Assembly: GCA_000431215.1 (NCBI GenBank) | Contig: HF985561.1 | Location: forward strand, 39,125-103,124 | Reading direction: 5' to 3' | DNA length: 64,000 nucleotides | DNA from: Prevotella sp. CAG:1031 | GTDB lineage: Bacteria; Bacteroidota; Bacteroidia; Bacteroidales; Muribaculaceae | Notes under the pieces: model-generated | The model's database searches: none | The model's input: only the letters and a program-made list of their open reading frames with translations | What the model was told of the DNA's origin: nothing | Program-made: the position numbers and the translations under genes | In this document: positions 55,096-64,000 of the stretch, one piece after another | How the letters are laid out: every line of letters starts with the position of its first letter | How positions within the stretch are numbered: the first letter of the stretch is position 1

Positions 55096-55563
55096 TTAAC
55101 GGCTCCTGAAATACACTCCGACTGCCTCGACACCGCGGAGGGTATCGACACGCATTATATGCCGGACTTTAACAGGCGCTCCGCTGAGCGGACTGACATC
55201 GGTGGCGACAACGGCCTCTGCCTGACGGCTTGCTCCGAATCCCCTGCCATACCAGCGGCCGTGGACATCGGCCAGAGGAATGTTGACGGTGTCGACAGTC
55301 TGACGCCCGTTGTTATTATAACAAATCTCGAGCCAAAGGTTTGAATATGGATAGTCTATATTATGACGCAACGAAACTTCGAGATCGCCTCTCGAAAGAG
55401 AGTCTTCGCGACCTGTGTCGAAATCCAGAGCATTCCCGTAGGCCCAACCTTCGGGAGGCACTTCGGTATAATGGCTGAAATCGCCGGGCGACGTACAGCC
55501 CGCGACAGCCGACATGACCATCGCTACAACAGCGGCCGGAATTGAATACCTGACATTAAGCAT
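55096..55563 (-). CDS. gldH: GldH-like lipoprotein
   Basis: 155 aa; lipobox AVAGC-T; ORF-track 55869 start is an N-terminal over-extension antisense to next gene; operonic 8-nt overlap with upstream PSP1 gene. Confidence 0.45.
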   Translation of the reverse strand: MLNVRYSIPAAVVAMVMSAVAGCTSPGDFSHYTEVPPEGWAYGNALDFDTGREDSLSRGDLEVSLRHNIDYPYSNLWLEICYNNNGRQTVDTVNIPLADVHGRWYGRGFGASRQAEAVVATDVSPLSGAPVKVRHIMRVDTLRGVEAVGVYFRSR

Positions 55564-56887
55564 TGTCCAACGGCTTCTGAGGGGCCTGAGCTTTAGGAGC
55601 GTCAGGGCGTCCCCCGCCCTGCGCGTTCTGTCCTTTCTTGCGGCGGCGCGAACGCTGTCCCTGCTTCTCGTCGCCGCCCTGAGGCTGGTTCTGAGTCTTG
55701 GCTTTGGGCTGGCTCTGAGACTTGGAAGTCTGGTCGTCAGGTCTGGCACCCTTGTCAGACGATTTTTTCTTCTTTTTCTTTTTCTTGCTCTTGTCGAAAC
55801 GGGTAAGCGATTCCTGAGTGGCAAGATCGAGCACTTTCGGCGTTGCTTTTTTGTCAGACTCGAGCTCAAGCTTCAGAGGCTTCTCGCCGGCCTTGTTCAT
55901 CTCAATGACTTCGAAAGCACGCGCGGCATCGATAGTGACGAGGTTGGCCGCCAGATTCTTGTCGGTGCTGTATGTTATCTCTTTCTTGAAAATATCGGTC
56001 TTGAAATGATAATATGTTGAATCGGCGGTTTCGAGGCGTATATCCTTCGGAGGCAATTCCTTGGTGCTCTCCATGTAGGTGTCGACCTCGAAATTAAGGC
56101 AGCACTTCAGTTTCGCACACTGTCCGGCAAGTTTCTGTGGATTGAGCGACAGATCCTGACAGCGCGCGGCAGCGGTGCCGACGCTGACAAAGTTCGTCAT
56201 CCAGCTGGCGCAGCAGAGCGGCCTTCCGCACGGGCCGATTCCTCCTATGCGGCCGGCCTCCTGACGTGCTCCGATCTGCTTCATCTCGATTCTGACCTTG
56301 AACGTCTCGGCCAACACCTTGATGAGCTGGCGGAAATCGACACGTTCCTCAGCGATATAATAGAAAATCGCCTTGTTGCCGTCGCCCTGATATTCGACGT
56401 CGCCGATTTTCATGTTGAGATGAAGTTCTTCGGCTATACGGCGCGCGCGGATCATGGTGTCGTGTTCGCGGGCCTGAGCCTCACGATATTTCTCGAGGTC
56501 GACAGGCCGGGCTTTGCGGAACACTCGTTTGATATCGGGTGAGTCGGGCTTGATACGGGCTTTTTTCATCTGGAGCGCGACAAGCCGTCCGGTCAGTGTG
56601 ACGCGGCCGATGTCGTGGCCCGGCATCGATTCGACTGCCACCATATCTCCCTGCTCAAGATGCAGATTGAGACTGTTGCGGTAGTAGCCCTTGCGCGTGT
56701 TCTTGAACACGACTTCAACAATGTCCCAGTCGGCAAACCCGCCCGGAATATCAGCAAGCCAGTTCGTGCTGTAGAGCTTGCCGCGGGGCTCGCCGTGAAC
56801 CTCTGACTGAGGGGTTGCGGGCTGAGGTGTCGCGGCAGCCTCGTCTGCTACAGACTGCTGCTGTTTTTTATCTTCTTTAGCTGACAT
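55556..56887 (-). CDS. PSP1 C-terminal domain protein (RicT/YaaT-like)
   Basis: conserved PSP1 core with Cys cluster (GPCGRPLCCASW, KLKCCLNFE); long low-complexity K/Q-rich C-terminal tail. Confidence 0.65.
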   Translation of the reverse strand: MSAKEDKKQQQSVADEAAATPQPATPQSEVHGEPRGKLYSTNWLADIPGGFADWDIVEVVFKNTRKGYYRNSLNLHLEQGDMVAVESMPGHDIGRVTLTGRLVALQMKKARIKPDSPDIKRVFRKARPVDLEKYREAQAREHDTMIRARRIAEELHLNMKIGDVEYQGDGNKAIFYYIAEERVDFRQLIKVLAETFKVRIEMKQIGARQEAGRIGGIGPCGRPLCCASWMTNFVSVGTAAARCQDLSLNPQKLAGQCAKLKCCLNFEVDTYMESTKELPPKDIRLETADSTYYHFKTDIFKKEITYSTDKNLAANLVTIDAARAFEVIEMNKAGEKPLKLELESDKKATPKVLDLATQESLTRFDKSKKKKKKKKSSDKGARPDDQTSKSQSQPKAKTQNQPQGGDEKQGQRSRRRKKGQNAQGGGRPDAPKAQAPQKPLDNA

Positions 56888-56902
56888 TGCTTTTTGCCGC
56901 TT

Positions 56903-58444
56903 TTATTTGGCGAAGCTGACAGCTCGGGTCTCGCGGATAACGGTGATCTTCACCTGACCCGGATAGGTCATCTCGTCCTGAATTCGTTTGGCTATTTCAG
57001 CCGACAGTTTCTCTGTCTCGGTATCGTCGATCTTATCGGCTCCGACAATGACGCGCAACTCGCGGCCGGCCTGAATAGCGTAGGTCTTGAGCACTCCGGG
57101 ATAGCTCAGAGCAAGCTGTTCGAGATCGTTCAGACGCTTGATATAGGCTTCAACAATCTCTCGGCGGGCGCCCGGACGGGCGCCTGAGATGGCATCACAT
57201 ACCTGAACAATGGGAGCCAGCAGCGATGTAGGTTCTATCTCGTCGTGGTGGGCGCCGATAGCATTGCAGATTTCAGGCTTCTCCTTATATTTTTCGGCAA
57301 GCTTCATGCCAAGGAGTGCGTGGGGCAGTTCGGGCTCTTCGTCGGGTACTTTGCCTATATCATGCAACAGTCCGGCGCGACGCGCTTTCTTCGGGTTCAG
57401 GCCGAGTTCCGAGGCCATGATCGCACAGAGATTAGCCGTTTCACGCGAATGCTGGAGAAGGTTCTGCCCGTAACTCGAACGATATTTCATCTTTCCGACC
57501 ATGCGGATGAGATCGGGATGGAGTCCGTGTATGCCGAGATCTATGGTAGTGCGTTTGCCGGTCTCGATAATTTCTTCTTCGACCTGACGGCGAACTTTGT
57601 TGACGACCTCCTCGATACGGGCAGGATGAATGCGGCCGTCGACAACGAGCTGATGAAGCGCGAGGCGGGCGATTTCGCGGCGCACGGGGTCGAATCCGCT
57701 GAGAACGATAGCCTCAGGAGTGTCGTCGACAATGATTTCGATTCCGGTAGCGGCTTCGAGGGCACGTATGTTTCGGCCTTCACGCCCGATTATGCGGCCT
57801 TTGATTTCGTCGCTGTCGATATGGAATACCGTTACCGAATTTTCGATAGCTGTTTCAGTCGCCACTCGCTGGATTGTCTGAACCACAATGCGTTTGGCTT
57901 CTTTATTTGCAGTCAGCTTAGCCTCGTCCATAATATCGTTTATATATCCGGCAGCGGCAGTCTTGGCTTCGTCGCGCAGCGATTCGATAAGGCGTTCTTT
58001 GGCTGCGTCCGCTGTCAGACCTGAAATCTGCTCGAGATTTTCCTGGGCCACATGAATAAGTTTGTCGAGCTCGGCGCGGTTGTTTTCGAGCGTAACGCGC
58101 TGCGCCTCGAGCTGTTGGCGCGTCTGGTCGTTTTCGTTTCTGGCGCGCTGGGTTTCGCTCTGGAGCTGATTGAGCTGGTTCTGGCGCTGTTTGATGCGGC
58201 CTTCCTCGGCCTGAACACGCTGAAGCCGCTGCTGGGCCTGACGTTCGGCTTCTCCTTTGATACGAAGTTCTTCTTCGCGTGCCTCAAGGAGTTTTTTCTC
58301 TTTTATGACTTCGGCATCGCGCTCGGCTTCCGCAAGAATTGTGTTGGCTCGTGAACGGGCCATCTTCCGCTGGATAGCCATTGTGGCGACAACGCTCACG
58401 CCGGCTGCAACGAGAATGGCGCATACGAGAATTACTATTTCCAT
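56903..58444 (-). CDS. rny: ribonuclease Y
   Basis: N-terminal TM, coiled coil, KH domain, HD domain (LLHDIGK); 513 aa. Confidence 0.85.
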   Translation of the reverse strand: MEIVILVCAILVAAGVSVVATMAIQRKMARSRANTILAEAERDAEVIKEKKLLEAREEELRIKGEAERQAQQRLQRVQAEEGRIKQRQNQLNQLQSETQRARNENDQTRQQLEAQRVTLENNRAELDKLIHVAQENLEQISGLTADAAKERLIESLRDEAKTAAAGYINDIMDEAKLTANKEAKRIVVQTIQRVATETAIENSVTVFHIDSDEIKGRIIGREGRNIRALEAATGIEIIVDDTPEAIVLSGFDPVRREIARLALHQLVVDGRIHPARIEEVVNKVRRQVEEEIIETGKRTTIDLGIHGLHPDLIRMVGKMKYRSSYGQNLLQHSRETANLCAIMASELGLNPKKARRAGLLHDIGKVPDEEPELPHALLGMKLAEKYKEKPEICNAIGAHHDEIEPTSLLAPIVQVCDAISGARPGARREIVEAYIKRLNDLEQLALSYPGVLKTYAIQAGRELRVIVGADKIDDTETEKLSAEIAKRIQDEMTYPGQVKITVIRETRAVSFAK

Positions 58445-58606
58445 ATTGGTATTAACAGATAGATTTATTGGTTGTTACATTAATTGTCAATAAATAAAAA
58501 AGCCGGTGCGGAGAGCCTGACAAAACAGCCTGCGGCCCGTTATGAAGAGCCAAAGGCGGCGTTGCGGCCTCTGCATCGTGCGGAAAATTCTCTTAGACAC
58601 CGCCGG

Positions 58607-58948
58607 TCACTCCTGACCTTGCGGCCGATGAACTTCGGTCCCGAAAGACTGATGCTCATCGAGTCTGAGCACAATTTCATCGAGTCGGCGCCCGCTCTCG
58701 GCGAGAACCTCTTCGACCTCTTTCATCTCCCGCAGTTGCCCGTAATAATAGCGGGCGAACTGAAAGGCTACCATGGCAAGCACTTCATCAGGCTCTTTAT
58801 CAGGAAATTCCTGACACCATGACCGCCAGAGACGGTTGATATTATACTCGGCCTCTCTCATAAGCTCTTCCTCACCGGGCGTGACGTCTGACAAGGAGAT
58901 TGGCTTGTGGTCGGCCAGTTTTATAGTTATGTTCAGTTTATCTTTCAC
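58607..58948 (-). CDS. zapA: cell division protein ZapA-like
   Basis: 113 aa; ITIKLADHKPISL...EEELMREAEYNINRL pattern; conserved position upstream of rny in Bacteroidota. Confidence 0.55.
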   Translation of the reverse strand: MKDKLNITIKLADHKPISLSDVTPGEEELMREAEYNINRLWRSWCQEFPDKEPDEVLAMVAFQFARYYYGQLREMKEVEEVLAESGRRLDEIVLRLDEHQSFGTEVHRPQGQE

Positions 58949-58970
58949 GGCATCGTTGTTTTGAATGGGG

Positions 58971-59276
58971 TCAGACAGTCAAATCGCTGATGCACTTGTC
59001 GATCTCCCGCAACAATTCGGAGAGGAACCTGCGCGTCTGGTGGATGTCGCCGCCTGTGGGAGCAATGACAGCGCTCGACCTTAGCATTCCGATCTCGTTT
59101 TCGAGTTCTGCCCTGCGGGCTTCGCTCTCGGCGAGACGGCCTTCCAGCTCAGCTACCGACGAAAGGGCTTGGCGATGGGCCTGAGCAAGTTTGTTATACC
59201 GCTCGACCAGGACTGTCGCCTTGGCCCGGATCGAATCGAGTTGTTGCTGAAGTGTTCCGGCCATGGTTCTTTCCAA
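58971..59276 (-). CDS. hypothetical coiled-coil protein
   Basis: 101 aa, heptad-rich. Confidence 0.4.
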   Translation of the reverse strand: MERTMAGTLQQQLDSIRAKATVLVERYNKLAQAHRQALSSVAELEGRLAESEARRAELENEIGMLRSSAVIAPTGGDIHQTRRFLSELLREIDKCISDLTV

Positions 59277-59366
59277 ATTTTCACAAAAGTAGTTATTTTT
59301 TTCGAAAGAACAGCCTTGCGTGCCGAAAAAAACCGTCGGTCAGACCGATTTTCGGTATACCGGTCA

Positions 59367-59957
59367 TCAGAATTGCTTGAGAACTTCCCAGAGACGATGC
59401 ACCGGGAGCCCCATGACATTGTAAAAGCTGCCGTCGATACGGCGTATGCCTACGGCGCCTATCCACTCCTGTATTCCGTAGGCCCCCGCCTTGTCGAGCG
59501 GATGGTAATGGCCCACATATTCCTCGATTTCATCGTCGGGAACGGCAGCGAATTCGACTGTGGTCAATGCCTTGAAACTGGTCGTTTTCCGGCGGGTGAA
59601 GACCGTGACGCCGGTCACTACCTCATGACTGCGCCCGCTGAGGCGGCGCAACATCCCGACAGCTTCGGCCTCGTCGCGGGGCTTACCGAGCACCTCACCT
59701 CCGACAATGACAACGGTGTCGGCGGTGATATACAGGTCGTCGTCGGCCATCGAAGGCCGATAAGCGTCGGCTTTAAGGCGCGACAGAAACAACGGCACTT
59801 CGTGGGCCTCGAGACTGTCAGGATAATTCTCGTCGATTTCGAGAGGCTCCACGATATGGAACGGAATGTCGAGCATTGCAAGAAGCTCGCGCCGTCGCGG
59901 CGAACCGCTGGCAAGTCCGAGACGATAGCCTGCAATCGATTTCGGTGGCTGCATCAT
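59367..59957 (-). CDS. maf: Maf-family nucleoside triphosphate pyrophosphatase
   Basis: LASGSPRRRELL motif; start at MMQPP (ORF-track 60182 start is an over-extension through the kdsC gene). Confidence 0.75.
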   Translation of the reverse strand: MMQPPKSIAGYRLGLASGSPRRRELLAMLDIPFHIVEPLEIDENYPDSLEAHEVPLFLSRLKADAYRPSMADDDLYITADTVVIVGGEVLGKPRDEAEAVGMLRRLSGRSHEVVTGVTVFTRRKTTSFKALTTVEFAAVPDDEIEEYVGHYHPLDKAGAYGIQEWIGAVGIRRIDGSFYNVMGLPVHRLWEVLKQF

Positions 59958-59977
59958 AATAGGTTGTTTTCTGTCGG

Positions 59978-60502
59978 TTACCATCCGAAAGCCTCGGCAT
60001 CGGCAAGCCATTGCCCTTTGGCTTTCAGAATCTGTTCGATAAGATCCCGGGCAACTCCATAACCACCGTTGAAAGGCGAGATATAAGAGGCGAGGTCGCG
60101 CACTTCGACGGCGGCATCGCGCGGCGCCACGGCGAGCCCGACAGCTTTCATGGCCGGAATATCGGGAATATCGTCGCCGCAATAAGCGACTTCATGCGGT
60201 TCAAGGCCGTTCTCTTTCATCCATTGCTCGAGCACGGGCAATTTATGTGACGCTTTCAGATATATGTCGTGGATTCCGAGAGTTGAATAGCGCGTCAGTA
60301 GCGCGGGGGTGTTCGCGCCGGTGATAATGACAATTTTCAGGCCGAGGCGCGCTGCCAGCTGAAGGGCATAACCGTCTTTTATATTAGCCATGCGCTGGGG
60401 GATTCCGTCGTTGCTCATCGGTATTGTCGAAGGCGACAGAACGCCGTCGACGTCAAAGGCGACAGCGCGTATGCGCGTCAGGTCATAGGCTATGCTGCTC
60501 AT
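59978..60502 (-). CDS. kdsC: KDO-8-phosphate phosphatase (HAD family)
   Basis: AFDVDGVLS HAD motif I, GDDIPD motif. Confidence 0.75.
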   Translation of the reverse strand: MSSIAYDLTRIRAVAFDVDGVLSPSTIPMSNDGIPQRMANIKDGYALQLAARLGLKIVIITGANTPALLTRYSTLGIHDIYLKASHKLPVLEQWMKENGLEPHEVAYCGDDIPDIPAMKAVGLAVAPRDAAVEVRDLASYISPFNGGYGVARDLIEQILKAKGQWLADAEAFGW

Positions 60503-61239
60503 TGTCGATACATTTTGATAATAGATTCGCTTAGTCTTGAATATAAATCGGCCAGCTCGGGCGGAAGCATTCTTTTATGTGACTCCATAATTCGGGTGTC
60601 GCCGCGGCGCGCGGGTCCGGTCTGTCCCGAACGGGGACCTGTCTCGACAGCCTTGTCTAGAGTTTCGCGAAGCAGGGGTTCGAGAAGATCGAAACTCATG
60701 CCGTCGTCACCGAGAAGGCGGTCGGCGATAGCCCAGAGATGGTTGACGAAGTTGCAGCCGAAAACCGCTGCAATATGCAACCGGCGTCGGCGCGCGCTGT
60801 CGGCTTCGAGAACGCGCCGGCTCAACGATCGGGCCAGCAGTCCGACAGCCGGATCGTCGCCCTCTATAAAAATCGGTATATCAGCGAAATCTCTGCGCCG
60901 TCCGCGGCTGAATGTCTGGAGAGGATATACTACCCCCCGGCGAGGCCCCAGAGGGTCAAGAGCCTCAATCGGGACTGAGCCGCTGGTATGAACCCAAAGC
61001 GCCCCGGGATTAAGACGCGCGAGCCGCTGCGCAGTAGGCGCAACGGCATCGTCGACAAGCGTTATGATATATACGTCGGCATCGGCAGTGACAGAATCGA
61101 GGCTGTCAGTTGCGCGTCCGGGCGCGAGTTCCTCGGCATGGGCATGCGTCCGGCTGTAGACCTGCACCACTCTGTCGCCAAGCGCCGGAACAAGTGATGC
61201 GGCAACATTTCCGCCGCCGATGACAACGATTCTGTTCAC
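60499..61239 (-). CDS. Rossmann-fold / DUF2520 domain protein
   Basis: MNRIVVIGGGNVAASL dinucleotide-binding start. Confidence 0.6.
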   Translation of the reverse strand: MNRIVVIGGGNVAASLVPALGDRVVQVYSRTHAHAEELAPGRATDSLDSVTADADVYIITLVDDAVAPTAQRLARLNPGALWVHTSGSVPIEALDPLGPRRGVVYPLQTFSRGRRRDFADIPIFIEGDDPAVGLLARSLSRRVLEADSARRRRLHIAAVFGCNFVNHLWAIADRLLGDDGMSFDLLEPLLRETLDKAVETGPRSGQTGPARRGDTRIMESHKRMLPPELADLYSRLSESIIKMYRQ

Positions 61240-61781
61240 TCAGGCTGTTTGAATTTGCCGATATGGACTTTCTCCCACAAGAGTTTCTCGGGATCAACCG
61301 GACGGCGGGTTTCGTTGATATGGCCGAATGTGACAACACACATCGGAACAAGTTCTTCGGGAATATTGAGAGCTTCGCGCACAAAAGCCTCGGAAGGCTC
61401 CCCTTCGCGATCCTGACGGCCGCGGATTTCGACCCAGCATGCACCAAGTCCGAGAGCGGCAGCCTGAAGGAGCATGAAGCTTGCCGCTACTGAGCCATCT
61501 TCGATCCAGGCTTCTGACTTCGAAGGATCTACGACTACTACAACCGCCATAGCGCAGTTCTTGACAGGAACAGTGCCGCCGACTTTCATTTCGCTAAGGC
61601 GTTGAAGCTCATCTTTGTCTTCGACAACGATAAACTGCCACGGGCGTGAGCTCTTCGACGAAGGAGCGAGAAGAGCCGCCTCGAGAATTTTCTTTACCTC
61701 ATCGGCATCGAGGGGTTCGTCGGTATAGCGGCGTATACTATGACGTTCAAAGAGCATCTCATTGAAGCTTTTCATAATCAA
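61236..61781 (-). CDS. nitroreductase-family protein
   Basis: ERHSIRRYTDEPL, SSKSSRPWQFIVV motifs. Confidence 0.7.
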   Translation of the reverse strand: MIMKSFNEMLFERHSIRRYTDEPLDADEVKKILEAALLAPSSKSSRPWQFIVVEDKDELQRLSEMKVGGTVPVKNCAMAVVVVVDPSKSEAWIEDGSVAASFMLLQAAALGLGACWVEIRGRQDREGEPSEAFVREALNIPEELVPMCVVTFGHINETRRPVDPEKLLWEKVHIGKFKQPE

Positions 61782-61814
61782 AAAAGGTGTTGGATAGAAG
61801 GTTAGGATTTCAGA

Positions 61815-62858
61815 TTAGCGCTCACAAACCCACGCGCCCGCATAGCGGCCCGAAAATTCCGTAATTGCGCTGTGAGCCGCTTCTTTGGTGGAACGCGAGG
61901 CTACATAAACGCGATAACGGCGTTTTCCCGACTTGAGAATCCTGAGACGGCTGTCGCCCTGTTCGGCAATCCAGCGCTCCGCTTTCTCACGGCTGTCGTG
62001 GGAGGCGACAACGATGCAGAAGTCACCGCTGCCCGTCTGTTGAACGTCGGCGGTAAAAGATTTGTTCGGTGCTTTCCTGTCAGAAACGGAACGAACCGGT
62101 TTATCGTTGCGGCGCGATGATTCCTGACGCATCTTGCCGACATAGCTGTTATGCGCCACGGTGTCGACCTCTTGCCATGCTCCTTCGCCGGGCATTGCGA
62201 TAAACAGTTCGCCGTCGCTGAGGACATCGCCGGTAATGACATTCGAGGGACGCACAGGCGCCAGAGAAGCATATTCGCTGCCTGACTGCATGGTCCCGCG
62301 AGGCATTGTCAATGTAAATCCGAGACCGAGAAGAAGAGCCATCGAAGCGGCGACTGACGCAATTGCCCTGAAAGCGCCGAAACGGCGCGGACGCAATCCG
62401 GCGACGTTTTCTTCTGCCAGGACTTCGCTCTCTGTCAGATCAGCTTTGGCGCCCTCGATAGAGGGAAGAGCCCAATAGGCCGCATTGGCAGCGGAATTTT
62501 CATATTGCTCGAATGTCGGGGTCGAGTCGAGCTGGTCGGTAAGTATACCGACACCTTTTATAGTAAGGTGGCCGTCAGCATGGAGCTCGCTGAGCATCGT
62601 GTCGACTTCGTGCCCTACGATTTCTGACGCCCGCTCATAGCTGACGCCTTCGCTTTGTGCGACACTTCCTATAAGGATTCCGTCGTTGCGCGTCAGGGCG
62701 CCGTTAAAAACAACGGTGCGGCAGGGAGCGGTCAAGCAGTTTTCGTTCTCGTCATAACGAGCTGGTTCATAGGACGTTATAAAAGCACCTAACCCCGGAA
62801 CGATAACACAATCGCAACGGCTGAGAAGGAATGCAATATGTTGACAAAGCAATTTCAC
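61815..62858 (-). CDS. HU-like N-domain / C-terminal SPOR-domain protein
   Basis: N-terminal HU-fold-like segment (VIVPGLGAF), central TM, C-terminal SPOR-like region (FCIVVASHDSREKAERW). Confidence 0.5.
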   Translation of the reverse strand: MKLLCQHIAFLLSRCDCVIVPGLGAFITSYEPARYDENENCLTAPCRTVVFNGALTRNDGILIGSVAQSEGVSYERASEIVGHEVDTMLSELHADGHLTIKGVGILTDQLDSTPTFEQYENSAANAAYWALPSIEGAKADLTESEVLAEENVAGLRPRRFGAFRAIASVAASMALLLGLGFTLTMPRGTMQSGSEYASLAPVRPSNVITGDVLSDGELFIAMPGEGAWQEVDTVAHNSYVGKMRQESSRRNDKPVRSVSDRKAPNKSFTADVQQTGSGDFCIVVASHDSREKAERWIAEQGDSRLRILKSGKRRYRVYVASRSTKEAAHSAITEFSGRYAGAWVCER

Positions 62859-63029
62859 GTCGCAAAGTTAAGCAACATTTTCAGACTATCCAACAGCCTC
62901 GCCGACCGCTCGCAGAAGTGCCCGGCGCAACTGTCGCCATAGCTCTTTATCAAACAACAACTTCCAAAATCATTAGATAATGAAAAAAATTTAAAATTTT
63001 TTCGACACAAAAAATAGGGAACTTTTTAC

Positions 63030-63037
63030 TATATTTG
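63030..63037 (+). promoter_or_regulatory. candidate -7 element TATATTTG
   Basis: TAnnTTTG 40 nt upstream of ATG 63077. Confidence 0.3.
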
Positions 63038-63076
63038 CAAACAAAATAACCATTAACAACCCATCGAATTATCCTA

Positions 63077-63451
63077 ATGGAAATTACCGGAAAAATCATC
63101 AAATCCCTTCCCGAGCAGTCCGGAACCTCAAAAGCCGGAAACGCCTGGAAAAAGAAAATATATGTGCTCGAGACCACCGATGCCTACCCCAAACAGGTAG
63201 CTTTCGACTTCTTCGGCGACCGCGTTGATCAATACCCACTCAATATCGGCGATTTCGTAAAGATCAGCTTCGATATCGAAAGCCGCGAGTTCAACGAGCG
63301 CTGGTATACCGACATACGCGCCTGGCGCGCCGAACCGGCAAATCCCGCCGACGGCCAGCCTGTTCCTCCCGTTCAGCAGATGCCCGGCGGAACCCCGCTT
63401 CCTCCCGAGCCTCAGAATCTCGGCGGCGGAAACGACGACCTTCCTTTCTGA
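63077..63451 (+). CDS. DUF3127-like small protein
   Basis: MEITGKIIKSLPEQSGTSKAGNAWKKKIYVLET pattern typical of Bacteroidota DUF3127; Pro/Gly-rich tail. Confidence 0.5.
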   Translation: MEITGKIIKSLPEQSGTSKAGNAWKKKIYVLETTDAYPKQVAFDFFGDRVDQYPLNIGDFVKISFDIESREFNERWYTDIRAWRAEPANPADGQPVPPVQQMPGGTPLPPEPQNLGGGNDDLPF

Positions 63452-63475
63452 TACCCGAAACAAATTCAGCATAAT

Positions 63476-63523
63476 ATATGCCCCAAAAGTTTGACAACAT
63501 CAGCTTTTGGGGCATATTGTTTT
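63476..63523 (+). terminator. rho-independent terminator
   Basis: 14-bp perfect stem atatgccccaaaag/cttttggggcatat, 14-nt loop, then TGTTTT. Confidence 0.6.
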
Positions 63524-63554
63524 GAAACATGCTTATTATTAATAGTATCTCGCG

Positions 63555-64000
63555 ATGAAACAGATTCTGGCTATTATTATATGTGTGATGTCAGTAGCGA
63601 CATCACTTGCTGATTCAGCGTTCGTCTACGTAACCGGCAAAACTGTCAACCTGCGTCAGGAACCGAGCACATCGAGCAAGATTCTCGGAACGGCAAACCT
63701 CGGCGACATCTATCCCGTCAGCGATATGGGCGATAACTCTGCAATTCAGGGCGACTGGATTCAGATTGAGACATTAGGAGGCGACGCCGAAAGCCCCTAC
63801 AGCCAGTTCCCGTATATCAACAGGAACTTCGTAAAAATCCTCAATAACGACGAAATTCCCTTAGAGGTGCTCGAAGCCGGATTTATGTTCGATGACATCG
63901 TCAACTTCGGCTTCCTCGAATTTCAGAATCCCGAAAACGAACAGATAACCTACTCTCTGATGGTCAAGAACCGCGAGATGCAAGAATCCGGCGGCAACGG
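63555..64000 (+). CDS. secreted SH3-like domain protein (3' partial, continues beyond window)
   Basis: signal peptide MKQILAIIICVMSVATSLA; SH3b-like FVYVTGKTVNLRQEPSTSSKILGTANLGDIYPV. Confidence 0.45.
   Translation, partial: MKQILAIIICVMSVATSLADSAFVYVTGKTVNLRQEPSTSSKILGTANLGDIYPVSDMGDNSAIQGDWIQIETLGGDAESPYSQFPYINRNFVKILNNDEIPLEVLEAGFMFDDIVNFGFLEFQNPENEQITYSLMVKNREMQESGGN

Noticed and set aside
1-64000. CRISPR arrays, tRNA/rRNA genes, integrases
   Set aside because: No short regularly spaced direct repeats, no cloverleaf-compatible conserved tRNA segments and no tyrosine/serine recombinase motifs were found on inspection of intergenic regions; a tRNAscan/Infernal run would be needed to be definitive.

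Overview
This is a 64 kb chromosomal window from a Bacteroidota organism, probably a gut Bacteroidales given the T9SS, gldH and rml content.

Sequence-level character: GC is about 58%. Bacteroidota-type TAnnTTTG -7 promoter motifs recur upstream of genes. Three cargo proteins carry Por/T9SS C-terminal sorting domains, and a GldH-like lipoprotein is present. Coding density is very high.

Accessory, partly decaying region (first ~21 kb):
- A TPR/LuxR-HTH regulator next to a 1.5-kaa T9SS cargo gene.
- An Ntn-hydrolase gene (choloylglycine hydrolase / penicillin V acylase family) whose 5' 445 bp is directly duplicated at about 96% identity on either side of a ~1 kb AT-rich (~30% GC) island. The island encodes an orphan membrane protein.
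- A lipoprotein, a SUI1/YciH factor and a large UvrD/AddA-like helicase.
- An N-terminally truncated, internally deleted RND efflux pump pseudogene.
- Two further T9SS-cargo paralogues, each interrupted by a -1 frameshift. The second is also truncated by a complete IS982-family insertion sequence with 19-bp terminal inverted repeats and ATAA flanks.

Conserved housekeeping synteny (remaining ~43 kb):
- ABC-F ATPase, rpoD, an ABC-2 transporter pair and methylmalonyl-CoA mutase mutAB.
- RNase G, an unannotated 29-aa ultra-basic bS22-like peptide gene and HU.
- YhhQ, a transglutaminase-like protein, cutC and a GH29 fucosidase.
- umuDC, an M18 aminopeptidase, an aspartate aminotransferase and tyrS.
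- A low-GC YhcG/DUF1016 nuclease-like gene, likely horizontally acquired.
- rmlACDB, a MATE exporter, a CCA-adding enzyme and an M24 peptidase.
- gldH-like/PSP1, RNase Y, zapA, maf, kdsC, a nitroreductase and a SPOR protein.

No rRNA, tRNA or CRISPR array was recognised.

Many long ORFs on the opposite strand of real genes are GC-driven artefacts and are not reported as features.
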